Source: Acidimicrobiia bacterium (GTDB lineage Bacteria > Actinomycetota > Acidimicrobiia > IMCC26256 > PALSA-555). From it: a DNA stretch of 64,000 bases. The DNA lies in NCBI GenBank assembly GCA_035948415.1, contig DASZJD010000096.1, positions 425-64,424 of the forward strand. The letters are read 5' to 3'. The translations under genes were made by a program, and so were the position numbers. Positions 55,757 to 64,000 of the stretch are shown here, in pieces (the stretch's first letter is position 1; each line of letters starts with the position of its first letter). Below the pieces are notes generated by a model. That model saw only the letters and a program-made list of their open reading frames with translations. It searched no databases and was not told where the DNA came from.

Positions 55757-57814
55757 GTGCTTCAGAACGCCTGGCTCGTCCCGTCGCTGCCCGCGGCCTC
55801 GTTCCTCGCCATCCTGCTGTTCGGCAAGCGGGCGGGGAGGCAGGCGGCCTGGTGGGGGATCGGCGCCGTCGGGGCGTCGTTCGTCGCCGCCTGCGTCGCC
55901 GCCGGCCAGTGGATCCAGCGGGTCGACGACGCCACCGGGCGGAGCCAGGGCCTCGCCGCCTTCGCCAAGGGCCTCCCGACCGGTGGGGCGCACACCGTGG
56001 TGAGGCCCGTCACCGAGTCGGTCACCTGGTGGCAGAACGGCGGCGTGAAGTTCGGAGTCGGGACGTACGTGGACGGTCTGACGGTCCTGATGCTCGTGGT
56101 CGTCACGCTTATCTCGTTGCTCGTCCAGATCTACTCGACCGCCTACATGCGCGGCGACCGCCGCTACACCTGGTACTTCGCCGCGCTGTCGCTCTTCACC
56201 GCGTCGATGCTGACGCTGGTCGTGGCCGAGAACACGGTCGAGCTGCTCGTGGGCTGGGAGCTGGTCGGCCTGTGTTCCTTCATGCTGATCGGGCATTGGT
56301 GGGAGGAGCCCGAGAACAGCCGAGCCGCCATCAAGGCCTTCCTCACCACCCGGACCGGCGACATCGGGCTGATGATCGGGATCATCGTCCTGTTCTTCGC
56401 GGTCGGGTCGTTCGGCGTCGGCGCCACCAACCTGTACGCGAGCGGCAGCCATGCGCACCACGACCTGCTCCTCGCCGCCGCCGTGTGCCTGATGGTCGCC
56501 ATCATCGGCAAGAGCGGCCAGTTCCCGCTCCACACCTGGCTCCCCGACGCGATGGCCGGACCGACGCCGGTCTCTGCGCTCATCCACGCCGCCACCATGG
56601 TCGTGGCCGGCGTCTTCCTCGGCGCCCGCCTCTACCCCGTTCTGTTCAACGGGTTCTCGATCGCCCACGGCGGCGTGAACTTCATGGCGCTGATCGGCGG
56701 GGTGACGATCCTCGTCGGCGCGGTGCTGGCCTTCGTGCAGCACGACATCAAGAAGGTGCTGGCGTACTCCACCATCAGTCAGCTCGGGTACATGGTGCTG
56801 GCGCTCGGCGTGGGGGCGTGGACCGCGGCGATCTTCCACCTCTTCACGCACGCCTTCTTCAAGGCGCTCCTCTTCCTCGGCGCCGGCTCGGTGAGCCACT
56901 CCGCCGGCCATTCGTTCGACATGCGGGAGATGGGCGGGCTCCGGAAGCCGATGCCGATCACGTTCTGGACCTTTGTGATCGGGTCCCTCGCACTGGCCGG
57001 GATCTTCCCGCTCGCCGGGTTCTGGTCGAAGGACGAGATCCTGGTGAACGCCGGCGCCAACGGCTACACCGCCTTCCTCGTCCTCGGCTTGATCGGCGCC
57101 TTCCTCACCGCCGCGTACATGACCCGGGCCGTCTACCTGACCTTCTTCGGCGAGTTCCGGGGCCACGGGCAACCACACGAGTCGGAGCGGGCGATCACCA
57201 CCCCGCTCGTCGTCCTCGGCGCGCTGTCGGTCGGCGCAGGCCTCGTCAACGCCGCTCCGCTGGGCCTCGAGAAGATCAAGGACTGGGTCGAGCCCACCTT
57301 CGCCTTCCCGAGCATCGGCCACGCCGCCTTCGACTACCCGAAGGCGGTCCTCTCGGTCGGGATCGCGCTGGTGGCGATCGGGGTCGCGGCGTACTACTGG
57401 TTCCGGCGCGACGACCTCCCGGCGCTGAGCGGCCTGACCGAGCGCAGCGTGCTGGCGCGCCGGGGCTACACGCTGCTCGTGAACAAGCTCTACCTCGACG
57501 ACCTGTACGAGAAGGTGATCATCGCGGGGATCCGAGGTCCCGTGGCGCGGATCGCGTACTGGATCGACCAGAACGTGATCGACGGCGTCGTGAACGGCCT
57601 CGGCCGCGGTGCCGTCGTCGTCGCCCGCTACACGTACGCCGTCGTGGACCAGCGGCTCGTCGACGGTGCCGTGAACGAGCTGGCGCACGAGGCCGGGGCC
57701 GCGGGCGGCGAGCTGAGCCGCGTCCAGTCCGGGCGCCTCCAACGGTACGCGCTGCTGCTCTTCGCCGGTGTGGGCGTGCTGAGCCTCGCCCTGCTCTTGA
57801 CGAACACGATCTGA
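55757..57814 (+). CDS. nuoL2: NADH-quinone oxidoreductase subunit L, second copy
   Basis: 685 aa; WELVGLCSFMLIGHWW, GKSGQFPLHTWLPDAMAGPTPVSALIHAATMV. Confidence 0.9.
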   Translation: MLQNAWLVPSLPAASFLAILLFGKRAGRQAAWWGIGAVGASFVAACVAAGQWIQRVDDATGRSQGLAAFAKGLPTGGAHTVVRPVTESVTWWQNGGVKFGVGTYVDGLTVLMLVVVTLISLLVQIYSTAYMRGDRRYTWYFAALSLFTASMLTLVVAENTVELLVGWELVGLCSFMLIGHWWEEPENSRAAIKAFLTTRTGDIGLMIGIIVLFFAVGSFGVGATNLYASGSHAHHDLLLAAAVCLMVAIIGKSGQFPLHTWLPDAMAGPTPVSALIHAATMVVAGVFLGARLYPVLFNGFSIAHGGVNFMALIGGVTILVGAVLAFVQHDIKKVLAYSTISQLGYMVLALGVGAWTAAIFHLFTHAFFKALLFLGAGSVSHSAGHSFDMREMGGLRKPMPITFWTFVIGSLALAGIFPLAGFWSKDEILVNAGANGYTAFLVLGLIGAFLTAAYMTRAVYLTFFGEFRGHGQPHESERAITTPLVVLGALSVGAGLVNAAPLGLEKIKDWVEPTFAFPSIGHAAFDYPKAVLSVGIALVAIGVAAYYWFRRDDLPALSGLTERSVLARRGYTLLVNKLYLDDLYEKVIIAGIRGPVARIAYWIDQNVIDGVVNGLGRGAVVVARYTYAVVDQRLVDGAVNELAHEAGAAGGELSRVQSGRLQRYALLLFAGVGVLSLALLLTNTI

Positions 57815-57833
57815 AGCGAGGTAACGACAAGCG

Positions 57834-59378
57834 ATGCACTGGTTCGACGACTCAGCGCTGACCCTGGCGGCGTTCATCCCGCTGGCGGGGTTGGCGGCGG
57901 TGCTGCTCATCCCCACCGCGCGGGAGCGGGCGATCAAGGTCACCGCCCTGGTGGCGTCGGTCGCGACCGCGCTCGTCGGAGTCGGCATCCTCGCCGACTT
58001 CGACTACGGCCACGCCGGGCGCCTCCAGTTCATCATCGACAAGCCGTGGATCTCGGTGATCAAAGCGCGGTACCACATGGGCGTCGACGGGATCGGGCTC
58101 CCGCTCCTGATCCTCTCGATGGTCATGGTGGTTGCCTGCGTCGTGTACTCGTGGAACCACTTCCCGGAGCCGCACAGCCCGAAGGCGTTCCTGGCCCTCA
58201 TCCTCCTCCTCGAGGTCGGGATGAACGGGACCTTCATGGCCCAGGATCTCATCCTCTTCTTCGTCTTCTTCGAGCTCGTCCTGCTGCCGATGTTCTTCAT
58301 GATCGGGGTCTGGGGTGGCGCGAACCGGCAGTACGCGGCGATCAAGTTCTTCCTCTTCACCCTGTTCGGGTCGGCGCTGATGCTCGTGAGCTTCCTGGCG
58401 ATCTTCTTCCTGTCGAAGAACCAGACCTTCCAGATGCCCGAGCTCTCGCACCTCGGCGGTGCCGGCATCGCCCACGGCACCCAGGTGCTCGTGTTCGGCG
58501 GTCTCTTCCTGGGATTCGCGATCAAGGTGCCGATGTTCCCCTTCCACACCTGGCTGCCCGACGCCCACACCGAGGCCCCGACGGTCGGATCGGTGCTGCT
58601 GGCGGCGATCCTGCTGAAGCTCGGCACCTACGGATTCATCCGCATCGCGTTGCCGATCCTGCCGAGCGCGGCCCGGACCTGGGCCCCGTGGCTCGGCCTG
58701 CTGGCGGTGATCGGGATCATCTACGGCGCGCTGTGCTGCCTGGCCCAGCGGGACATGAAACGCCTGATCGCCTTCTCGTCGGTGGCCCACATGGGCTTCG
58801 TCATGCTCGGCATCGCGACCCTGACGAGCTTCGGGCTGAACGCGGCGGTGTTCGGCATGGTCGCCCACGGGCTCATCACGGGCATGCTCTTCTTCGTCGC
58901 CGGCTCGGTCCAGGAGCGCTACGAGACCCGAGAGATGAGCCGGCTCGGCGGGCTGCTCACCCAGGCCCCCCGGCTGGGGTGGATCCTCGGGTTCTGCGCC
59001 ATGGCGTCGCTCGGGCTTCCCGGCCTCGCCGGGTTCTGGGGCGAGTTCCCGTCGATCCTGTCGTCGTACAACCCCGCCCGCCTGGCCCAGGGCCTCCTGA
59101 ACGGCGACCACCTCGTCACCTTCCGCGTGTTCATGGTCGTCGCCGCTGTCGGCACCGTGCTCGCGGCCGGCTACCTCCTCTGGATGTACCAGCGGGTCGC
59201 CTTCGGCTCGGCCAGCGCCGAGTTCCGGACCGCCCACATCCACGACGTCCACGTCCCGGAGTGGGTGGCCTGGACGCCGCTGCTCCTCCTGATCACCGCG
59301 CTCGGCGTCTACCCGAACCTCGTGTTCCACATGAGCAACGGCGCGGTCACGAACGTCAGCCGAGTCTTCGGTGGGTGA
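57834..59378 (+). CDS. nuoM2: NADH-quinone oxidoreductase subunit M, second copy
   Basis: FFVFFELVLLPMFFMI, FHTWLPDAHTEAPTVGSV. Confidence 0.9.
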   Translation: MHWFDDSALTLAAFIPLAGLAAVLLIPTARERAIKVTALVASVATALVGVGILADFDYGHAGRLQFIIDKPWISVIKARYHMGVDGIGLPLLILSMVMVVACVVYSWNHFPEPHSPKAFLALILLLEVGMNGTFMAQDLILFFVFFELVLLPMFFMIGVWGGANRQYAAIKFFLFTLFGSALMLVSFLAIFFLSKNQTFQMPELSHLGGAGIAHGTQVLVFGGLFLGFAIKVPMFPFHTWLPDAHTEAPTVGSVLLAAILLKLGTYGFIRIALPILPSAARTWAPWLGLLAVIGIIYGALCCLAQRDMKRLIAFSSVAHMGFVMLGIATLTSFGLNAAVFGMVAHGLITGMLFFVAGSVQERYETREMSRLGGLLTQAPRLGWILGFCAMASLGLPGLAGFWGEFPSILSSYNPARLAQGLLNGDHLVTFRVFMVVAAVGTVLAAGYLLWMYQRVAFGSASAEFRTAHIHDVHVPEWVAWTPLLLLITALGVYPNLVFHMSNGAVTNVSRVFGG

Positions 59379-59381
59379 CCC

Positions 59382-60839
59382 GTGAACCCGCACGTCGACT
59401 TCCACGCCCTCGCGCCCGAGATCGTCCTCACCGCGACGATCATCGTCGTGCTCGTCGTCGACCTCTTCACCGACGATCCCAAGCTCCCGGCCCAGATCTC
59501 AAGCTTCGGGATCCTCGGCTCGCTCATCCCGGTGCTCACGCTCGCCGTCGACGGCGGGACCCGCTCGCTGTTCGGCGGCGCGTTCGTGGTGGACGCGTAC
59601 TCGCTCGTCCTCACGGGGTTCTTCCTCGTGGCCGGGTACGTCACGCTGCTCGTCTCCTTCGACTACATCGGCGAGGGCGACTACTACCAAGGGGAGTACT
59701 ACGTCCTCCTGCTGACCTCGGTGCTCGGCATGGTCGCCATCACGTCAGCCCGAGACCTCGTGTCGCTCTTCGTCGCGCTCGAGACCCTCACGATCCCGAC
59801 CTTCGTCCTCGCCGCGTGGCGGAAGCACGACACCAGGTCCAACGAGGCCGGCATCAAGTACTTCCTGATCGGCGTGCTGTCCTCGGCCGTCATGCTCTAC
59901 GGCATGTCGATCATCTTCGGGCTCGCGAACTCGACCGTCCTCATCGACATCCACCGCTATGCGAGCGGCAGCACGCCAACCCTCTTCGCGGTCGCGGTCT
60001 TCCTCACGCTGGTTGGGTTCGCCTTCAAGGTGAGCGCCGTCCCCTTCCACTTCTGGGCCCCGGACACCTACGAGGGCGCGCCGACACCCGTGACCGCGTT
60101 CCTGTCCGTCGCCTCGAAGGCCGGAGGGTTCGTGGCCCTGCTGACCATCGTGCGGTTCGGGTTCTTCCCGTCCGGCGACTCGTGGCAGCCGGCGTTGTGG
60201 GTGCTCGCGGCGGCGTCGATGACGCTCGGGAACCTCGCCGCGCTGCGGCAGACGAACGTGGTCCGCATGCTCGCCTACTCCTCGGTGGCGCAGGGCGGGT
60301 TCATCCTCGTGCCCCTCGCGGTCGCCGGCGACGTCCACGGCAACAGCGCCTGGCAAGCCGTCATCATCTACATCCTCATCTACGGCGCCATGAACTTGGG
60401 CGCCTTCGCGGCCGTGATCGCCGCCGCCCGCCGCACCCGATCGGCGGAGATCCCGAGCTACGCCGGGCTCGGCCGCACCAGCCCCGCCGTCGCGGTCATG
60501 TTCACGCTGTTCCTGTTCTCGCTGGCCGGCGTGCCACCGCTCGCGGGCTGGTTCGCCAAGTTCGTGATGTTCCGCGCCGTGTTCGACGCCAACACCACCG
60601 CCGCCGTGGTGCTCGGCGTCATTGCGGCCGTCAACTCCGTGATCGCGTTCTTCTACTACGCGGGCGTCGCACGCCGGTTCTGGTTCGAGGAGCCCTCCGA
60701 CGGTGTCGCCCCGGCCACGGCCCGCGTGCCCGTCGGGCTGGGCGCGGCCATGGCCCTCATGACGGCCGTGATCCTCGTCGTCGGCGTGTATCCCCAGTTC
60801 TTCGCCCGCCTCGGTGAGCTTGCGTTCCAGCGGGGATGA
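59382..60839 (+). CDS. nuoN2: NADH-quinone oxidoreductase subunit N, second copy
   Basis: FVALETLTIPTFVL, PFHFWAPDTYEGAPTPVT. Confidence 0.9.
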   Translation: MNPHVDFHALAPEIVLTATIIVVLVVDLFTDDPKLPAQISSFGILGSLIPVLTLAVDGGTRSLFGGAFVVDAYSLVLTGFFLVAGYVTLLVSFDYIGEGDYYQGEYYVLLLTSVLGMVAITSARDLVSLFVALETLTIPTFVLAAWRKHDTRSNEAGIKYFLIGVLSSAVMLYGMSIIFGLANSTVLIDIHRYASGSTPTLFAVAVFLTLVGFAFKVSAVPFHFWAPDTYEGAPTPVTAFLSVASKAGGFVALLTIVRFGFFPSGDSWQPALWVLAAASMTLGNLAALRQTNVVRMLAYSSVAQGGFILVPLAVAGDVHGNSAWQAVIIYILIYGAMNLGAFAAVIAAARRTRSAEIPSYAGLGRTSPAVAVMFTLFLFSLAGVPPLAGWFAKFVMFRAVFDANTTAAVVLGVIAAVNSVIAFFYYAGVARRFWFEEPSDGVAPATARVPVGLGAAMALMTAVILVVGVYPQFFARLGELAFQRG

Positions 60840-62038
60840 CCCGCCTCGGCCCGGTCCGAGGTCCTCGTAGCGGCGCCGTGTCCGAGGTCGGCCCCGCCCC
60901 GCAGCTGCGCGAGCGCATCCGCCGAGCCGGGCCGATCCCGTTCGCCGACTTCCAGGCCGCCGCCCTCGACGCCTTCTTCGCCCACCGCGGCGCTGGCCGC
61001 GCCGGCCGCGACTTCGTGACCAGCCCGGAGGTCGGGCCGCTCTTCGGCGCGCTCGTGGCGCGGGCGCTCGACGAGACCTGGGTGCGGCTGGGCCAGCCCG
61101 ATCCCTTCGTGTTCGTCGACGCCGGCGGCGGCCGGGGCCGGCTGGTGGCCGACGTCCTGCGGGCCGAGCCGGCGTGCGCGCCGGCGCTGCGGGCCGTGCT
61201 CGTCGAGCGGTCCGCCACCCTGCGGGCCGACGCCCGCGCCCTCCTCGCGCTCGAGCCCCCGGCGGTCGCGCTCGGTGCGTTCGCGGCCACGACGCGCGAC
61301 GAGCCGCCCGAGCCGGTGGCCGGCACCGGGCCCGTGGTCACTGTCCTCGACGACCTGCCCGACCTCCCACTGACCGGGGTCGTCGTCGCGAACGAGCTCC
61401 TCGACAACCTGCCCGTGCGCGTCGTCGAGCGGGGCCCCGGCACCTGGCGGGAGGTGCGCGTCGGGCTCGCCGACGGCGCCTTCATGGAGGTGCTCGTCGA
61501 CGCCTCGGCCGAGCTCGGTGTTGCGGCCGACGAGCTGACCGCGGGCGTCACGCCGCGCCCGGGGGAGCGCGTGCCGGTCCCGGTCGGAGCGGCGGGCTGG
61601 CTCGAGCGCAGCGCGACGACGCTTCGGCGCGGCGAGCTCTGGGTCGTCGACTACGCCGACGACACCGCCGGCCTGCTGGCCCGTGGGCCCCACGGGCCGT
61701 CCGGGTGGCTGCGCACGTACCGGGGCCACGGGCGCGGCAGCGACCCGCTCGACGCGCCGGGCGCGCAGGACATCACCACCGACGTCCCGCTCGGGTGGCT
61801 GCGGCGCGCCGCCCTCCGAGCCGGCTACGCGGTGGCCCTCGACACGAGGCAGACGGAGTGGCTCCGCAGCCTCGGCATCGATGCGCTCGTCGACGAGGGC
61901 CGGCGCCGCTGGGACGCTCGGGCCCACCTCGGGGACCTCGAGGCCGTCGCCGGGCGCAGCCGGTCCGTGGAGGCGAGCGCGCTCACCGATCCCTCCGGCC
62001 TCGGTGGACACCGAGTCGTCGTCCTCGCCCGCACCTGA
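60836..62038 (+). CDS. MidA/NDUFAF7-like (DUF185) SAM-dependent methyltransferase
   Basis: ATG overlaps the nuoN2 stop (ATGA). Motifs [22 protein letters not shown] and [12 protein letters not shown] (SAM GxGxG) are typical of the family. Confidence 0.7.
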   Translation: MTRLGPVRGPRSGAVSEVGPAPQLRERIRRAGPIPFADFQAAALDAFFAHRGAGRAGRDFVTSPEVGPLFGALVARALDETWVRLGQPDPFVFVDAGGGRGRLVADVLRAEPACAPALRAVLVERSATLRADARALLALEPPAVALGAFAATTRDEPPEPVAGTGPVVTVLDDLPDLPLTGVVVANELLDNLPVRVVERGPGTWREVRVGLADGAFMEVLVDASAELGVAADELTAGVTPRPGERVPVPVGAAGWLERSATTLRRGELWVVDYADDTAGLLARGPHGPSGWLRTYRGHGRGSDPLDAPGAQDITTDVPLGWLRRAALRAGYAVALDTRQTEWLRSLGIDALVDEGRRRWDARAHLGDLEAVAGRSRSVEASALTDPSGLGGHRVVVLART

Positions 62039-62117
62039 CCCGTCGACGACCTCGCACAGCCGCGCTGGCCCGGAGCGCGTCGCGTTAGCCTCGCCGCGCA
62101 CACCGAGGGGGACGCGC

Positions 62118-64000
62118 ATGCCGGAGACGATCGAGTCGCTGCTCGCCGAGGGCCGGACGTTTCGACCCCCGGCCGAGTTCAAGCGCGACGCGCTCGTGAC
62201 CGGCGTCGAGATCTACGAGGAGGCCGACCGCGACCTCGAGGGCTTCTGGGCTCGACAGGCGGCCGAGCTGCTCGACTGGTCCGAGGAGTGGCACACGATC
62301 CTGGAGTGGGACCTGCCGTTCGCGAAGTGGTTCGTGGGCGGGAAGCTGAACGCGACCCACAACTGCCTCGACCGCCACGTCGCCGCCGGCCACGGCGGGC
62401 AGGTCGCCTATCACTGGGAGGGCGAGCCGGGCGACACGCGCACGATCACGTACTCGGAGCTGCTCGAGGAGGTCTGCCGCCTCGCCAACGCGCTGCGCGA
62501 GCTCGGGGTGCGGAAGGGGGACCGCGTCAACATCTACCTGGGCATGGTTCCCGAGCTGCCCGTCTCCTTGCTCGCCTGCGCCCGGATCGGCGCGCCCCAC
62601 TCGGTCGTGTTCGGGGGCTTCTCCTCCGACTCCCTCCGCGACCGCATCAACGACGCCGAGGCCAAGGTCCTGATCACCGGCGACGGCGCCTGGCGGCGCG
62701 GCAGCGTCGTCCCCCTCAAGGAGACCGCGGACGTCGCCCTGGCCGACTGCCCGACGATCGAGCGGGTGCTCGTGCTCCGCCGCACCGGCCAGGACGGCGT
62801 CGCCATGCGCGACGGGCGCGACGTCTGGTGGGACGACGTGGTCCCCCGCCAGTCGTCGACCTGCCCGGCCGAGGTCATGGACGCCGAGGACCTCCTCTAT
62901 CTCCTGTACACGAGCGGGACGACGGCCAAGCCCAAGGGGATCATGCACACGACGGGCGGGTACCTGACCCAGGTCGCGTTCACCCACCGCTACGTGTTCG
63001 ACCTGAAGCCCGAGACCGACGTGTACTGGTGCGCGGCCGACGTCGGCTGGGTGACCGGCCACTCGTACATCGTGTACGGACCGCTCGCGAACCGGGCCAC
63101 CAGCGTCCTCTACGAGGGCACGCCCGACTTCCCCGACAAGGACCGGCTCTGGCGGATCGTCGAGCGCTACCGCGTGACGACCCTCTACACGGCGCCGACG
63201 GCCATCCGCACGTTCATGAAGTGGGGTCCCGAGTTCCCGGGACGGCGCGACCTGTCGTCGCTGCGCCTGCTCGGCACCGTCGGGGAGCCGATCAACCCCG
63301 AGGCCTGGGTCTGGTACTGGCAGCACATCGGCGGGGGGCGATGCCCGGTCGTCGACACGTGGTGGCAGACGGAGACGGGCGCCATCATGATCAGCCCGCT
63401 GCCCGGCGCGACCACGCTCAAGCCCGGCAGCGCCACGTTCCCCCTCCCGGGCATCGGCGCCGACGTGGTGAACGACGCCGGCGCGGCGGTTCCGATCCCC
63501 GGCGGCGGCTACCTCGCGCTCACCCGGCCGTGGCCGGCGATGCTACGGGGCATCTGGGGCGACCCGCAGCGGTACCGCGACACCTACTGGTCGCGCTTCG
63601 AAGGCCGGTACTTCGCCGGCGACGGCGCCAAGCGCGACGAGGACGGCTACTTCTGGTTGCTCGGGCGGGTCGACGACGTGATGCTGGTCTCCGGCCACAA
63701 CATCTCCACCGCCGAGGTGGAGCACGCCCTGGTCGGCCACCCCGCGGTGGCCGAGGCCGCCGTCGTCGGGCGGGCCGACGCCACGACGGGCCAGGCGATC
63801 GCCGCGTTCGTCACCTTGCGCTCCGGCACCGAGCCGAGCGACGAGCTCGTCGAGGCGCTGCGGGCCCACGTCGCGCACACCATCGGCCCCATCGCCCGAC
63901 CCCAGTCGATCCTGTTCACCGAGGACCTGCCGAAGACCCGCTCGGGCAAGATCATGCGGCGGCTGCTCCGCAACGTCAGTGAGGACGAGGCCCTCGGCGA
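62118..64000 (+). CDS. acs: acetyl-CoA synthetase (3' end outside window)
   Basis: My own translation from ATG 62118 reads [67 protein letters not shown]. The frame is open to nt 64000, so it is absent from the ORF track. Tracked ORF 62288..63982 is a different, spurious frame. Confidence 0.9.
   Translation, partial: MPETIESLLAEGRTFRPPAEFKRDALVTGVEIYEEADRDLEGFWARQAAELLDWSEEWHTILEWDLPFAKWFVGGKLNATHNCLDRHVAAGHGGQVAYHWEGEPGDTRTITYSELLEEVCRLANALRELGVRKGDRVNIYLGMVPELPVSLLACARIGAPHSVVFGGFSSDSLRDRINDAEAKVLITGDGAWRRGSVVPLKETADVALADCPTIERVLVLRRTGQDGVAMRDGRDVWWDDVVPRQSSTCPAEVMDAEDLLYLLYTSGTTAKPKGIMHTTGGYLTQVAFTHRYVFDLKPETDVYWCAADVGWVTGHSYIVYGPLANRATSVLYEGTPDFPDKDRLWRIVERYRVTTLYTAPTAIRTFMKWGPEFPGRRDLSSLRLLGTVGEPINPEAWVWYWQHIGGGRCPVVDTWWQTETGAIMISPLPGATTLKPGSATFPLPGIGADVVNDAGAAVPIPGGGYLALTRPWPAMLRGIWGDPQRYRDTYWSRFEGRYFAGDGAKRDEDGYFWLLGRVDDVMLVSGHNISTAEVEHALVGHPAVAEAAVVGRADATTGQAIAAFVTLRSGTEPSDELVEALRAHVAHTIGPIARPQSILFTEDLPKTRSGKIMRRLLRNVSEDEALG

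Noticed and set aside
50673-60839. nuo2 as a recent duplication of nuo1 or a horizontally acquired island
   Set aside because: The paralogues are strongly diverged at protein level (roughly 40-50% by eye). Base composition and codon style look the same as the surroundings, and there are no flanking repeats, integrase or tRNA.
62288-63982. 564-aa plus-strand ORF listed in the track within the acs region
   Set aside because: It is in a different frame from the acetyl-CoA synthetase reading frame that starts at ATG 62118 and carries the diagnostic motifs. Its product is Arg/Pro/Gly-rich.
1-64000. tRNA, rRNA, CRISPR arrays, IS elements, integrases, toxin-antitoxin or defence-type genes
   Set aside because: None was recognised on either strand. 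All gaps above 100 bp (11761-11956, 14813-15060, 30658-30777, 32065-32186) were read, and they contain only short hairpins or promoter-like hexamers.

Overview
This is a very GC-rich (by eye above 70%, not computed) chromosomal core region. Marker genes and synteny look actinobacterial: mycothiol mshA, an RsiG-like c-di-GMP anti-sigma, Rex, and proC next to a small excisionase-like HTH. I call about 70 protein genes. I saw no rRNA, tRNA, CRISPR, IS/transposon or long DNA repeats. CDS coordinates include stop codons, and many starts are GTG/TTG with 1-4 nt ATGA/GTGA overlaps.

Layout:
- 1-17.3 kb: mixed housekeeping genes, namely VOC, two SDRs, a thioesterase, a CDF exporter, a Fur-ECF sigma-exported membrane protein operon, SirB1-like, a LON-domain protein, MoaD-like, sodA, RsiG-like, an XRE regulator, mshA, proC, a SAM hydrolase and an acyl-CoA ligase.
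- 17.3-24.6 kb: rex with a palindromic Rex-operator-like site, followed by the tetrapyrrole trunk genes (sirC-like, hemA, hemC, cobA-hemD, hemB, hemL).
- 24.6-30.7 kb (minus strand): an eight-gene cytochrome b6-type Rieske/cytochrome b operon. It has a split cytochrome b, a heme-ci-type Cys, a diheme cytochrome c, a 2[4Fe-4S] ferredoxin and three unassigned membrane proteins.
- 30.8-47.4 kb: a geranylgeranyl (menaquinone-type) reductase and a complete nuoA-N operon.
- 47.5-50.5 kb: pgi, a histidine phosphatase and a patatin-like lipase.
- 50.7-60.8 kb: a second, 11-gene nuo operon lacking nuoEFG.
- 60.8-64.0 kb: a MidA/NDUFAF7-like methyltransferase translationally coupled to that operon, then acs running off the window end.

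Most interesting observations:
- The MidA-nuo2 coupling, together with an Arg (NuoD2) versus Thr (NuoD1) difference at the residue NDUFAF7 methylates in mitochondria.
- The non-canonical b6-type complex with an embedded ferredoxin.

All functional calls come from motif and family recognition in the supplied translations. No database search, alignment program or structure prediction was run.
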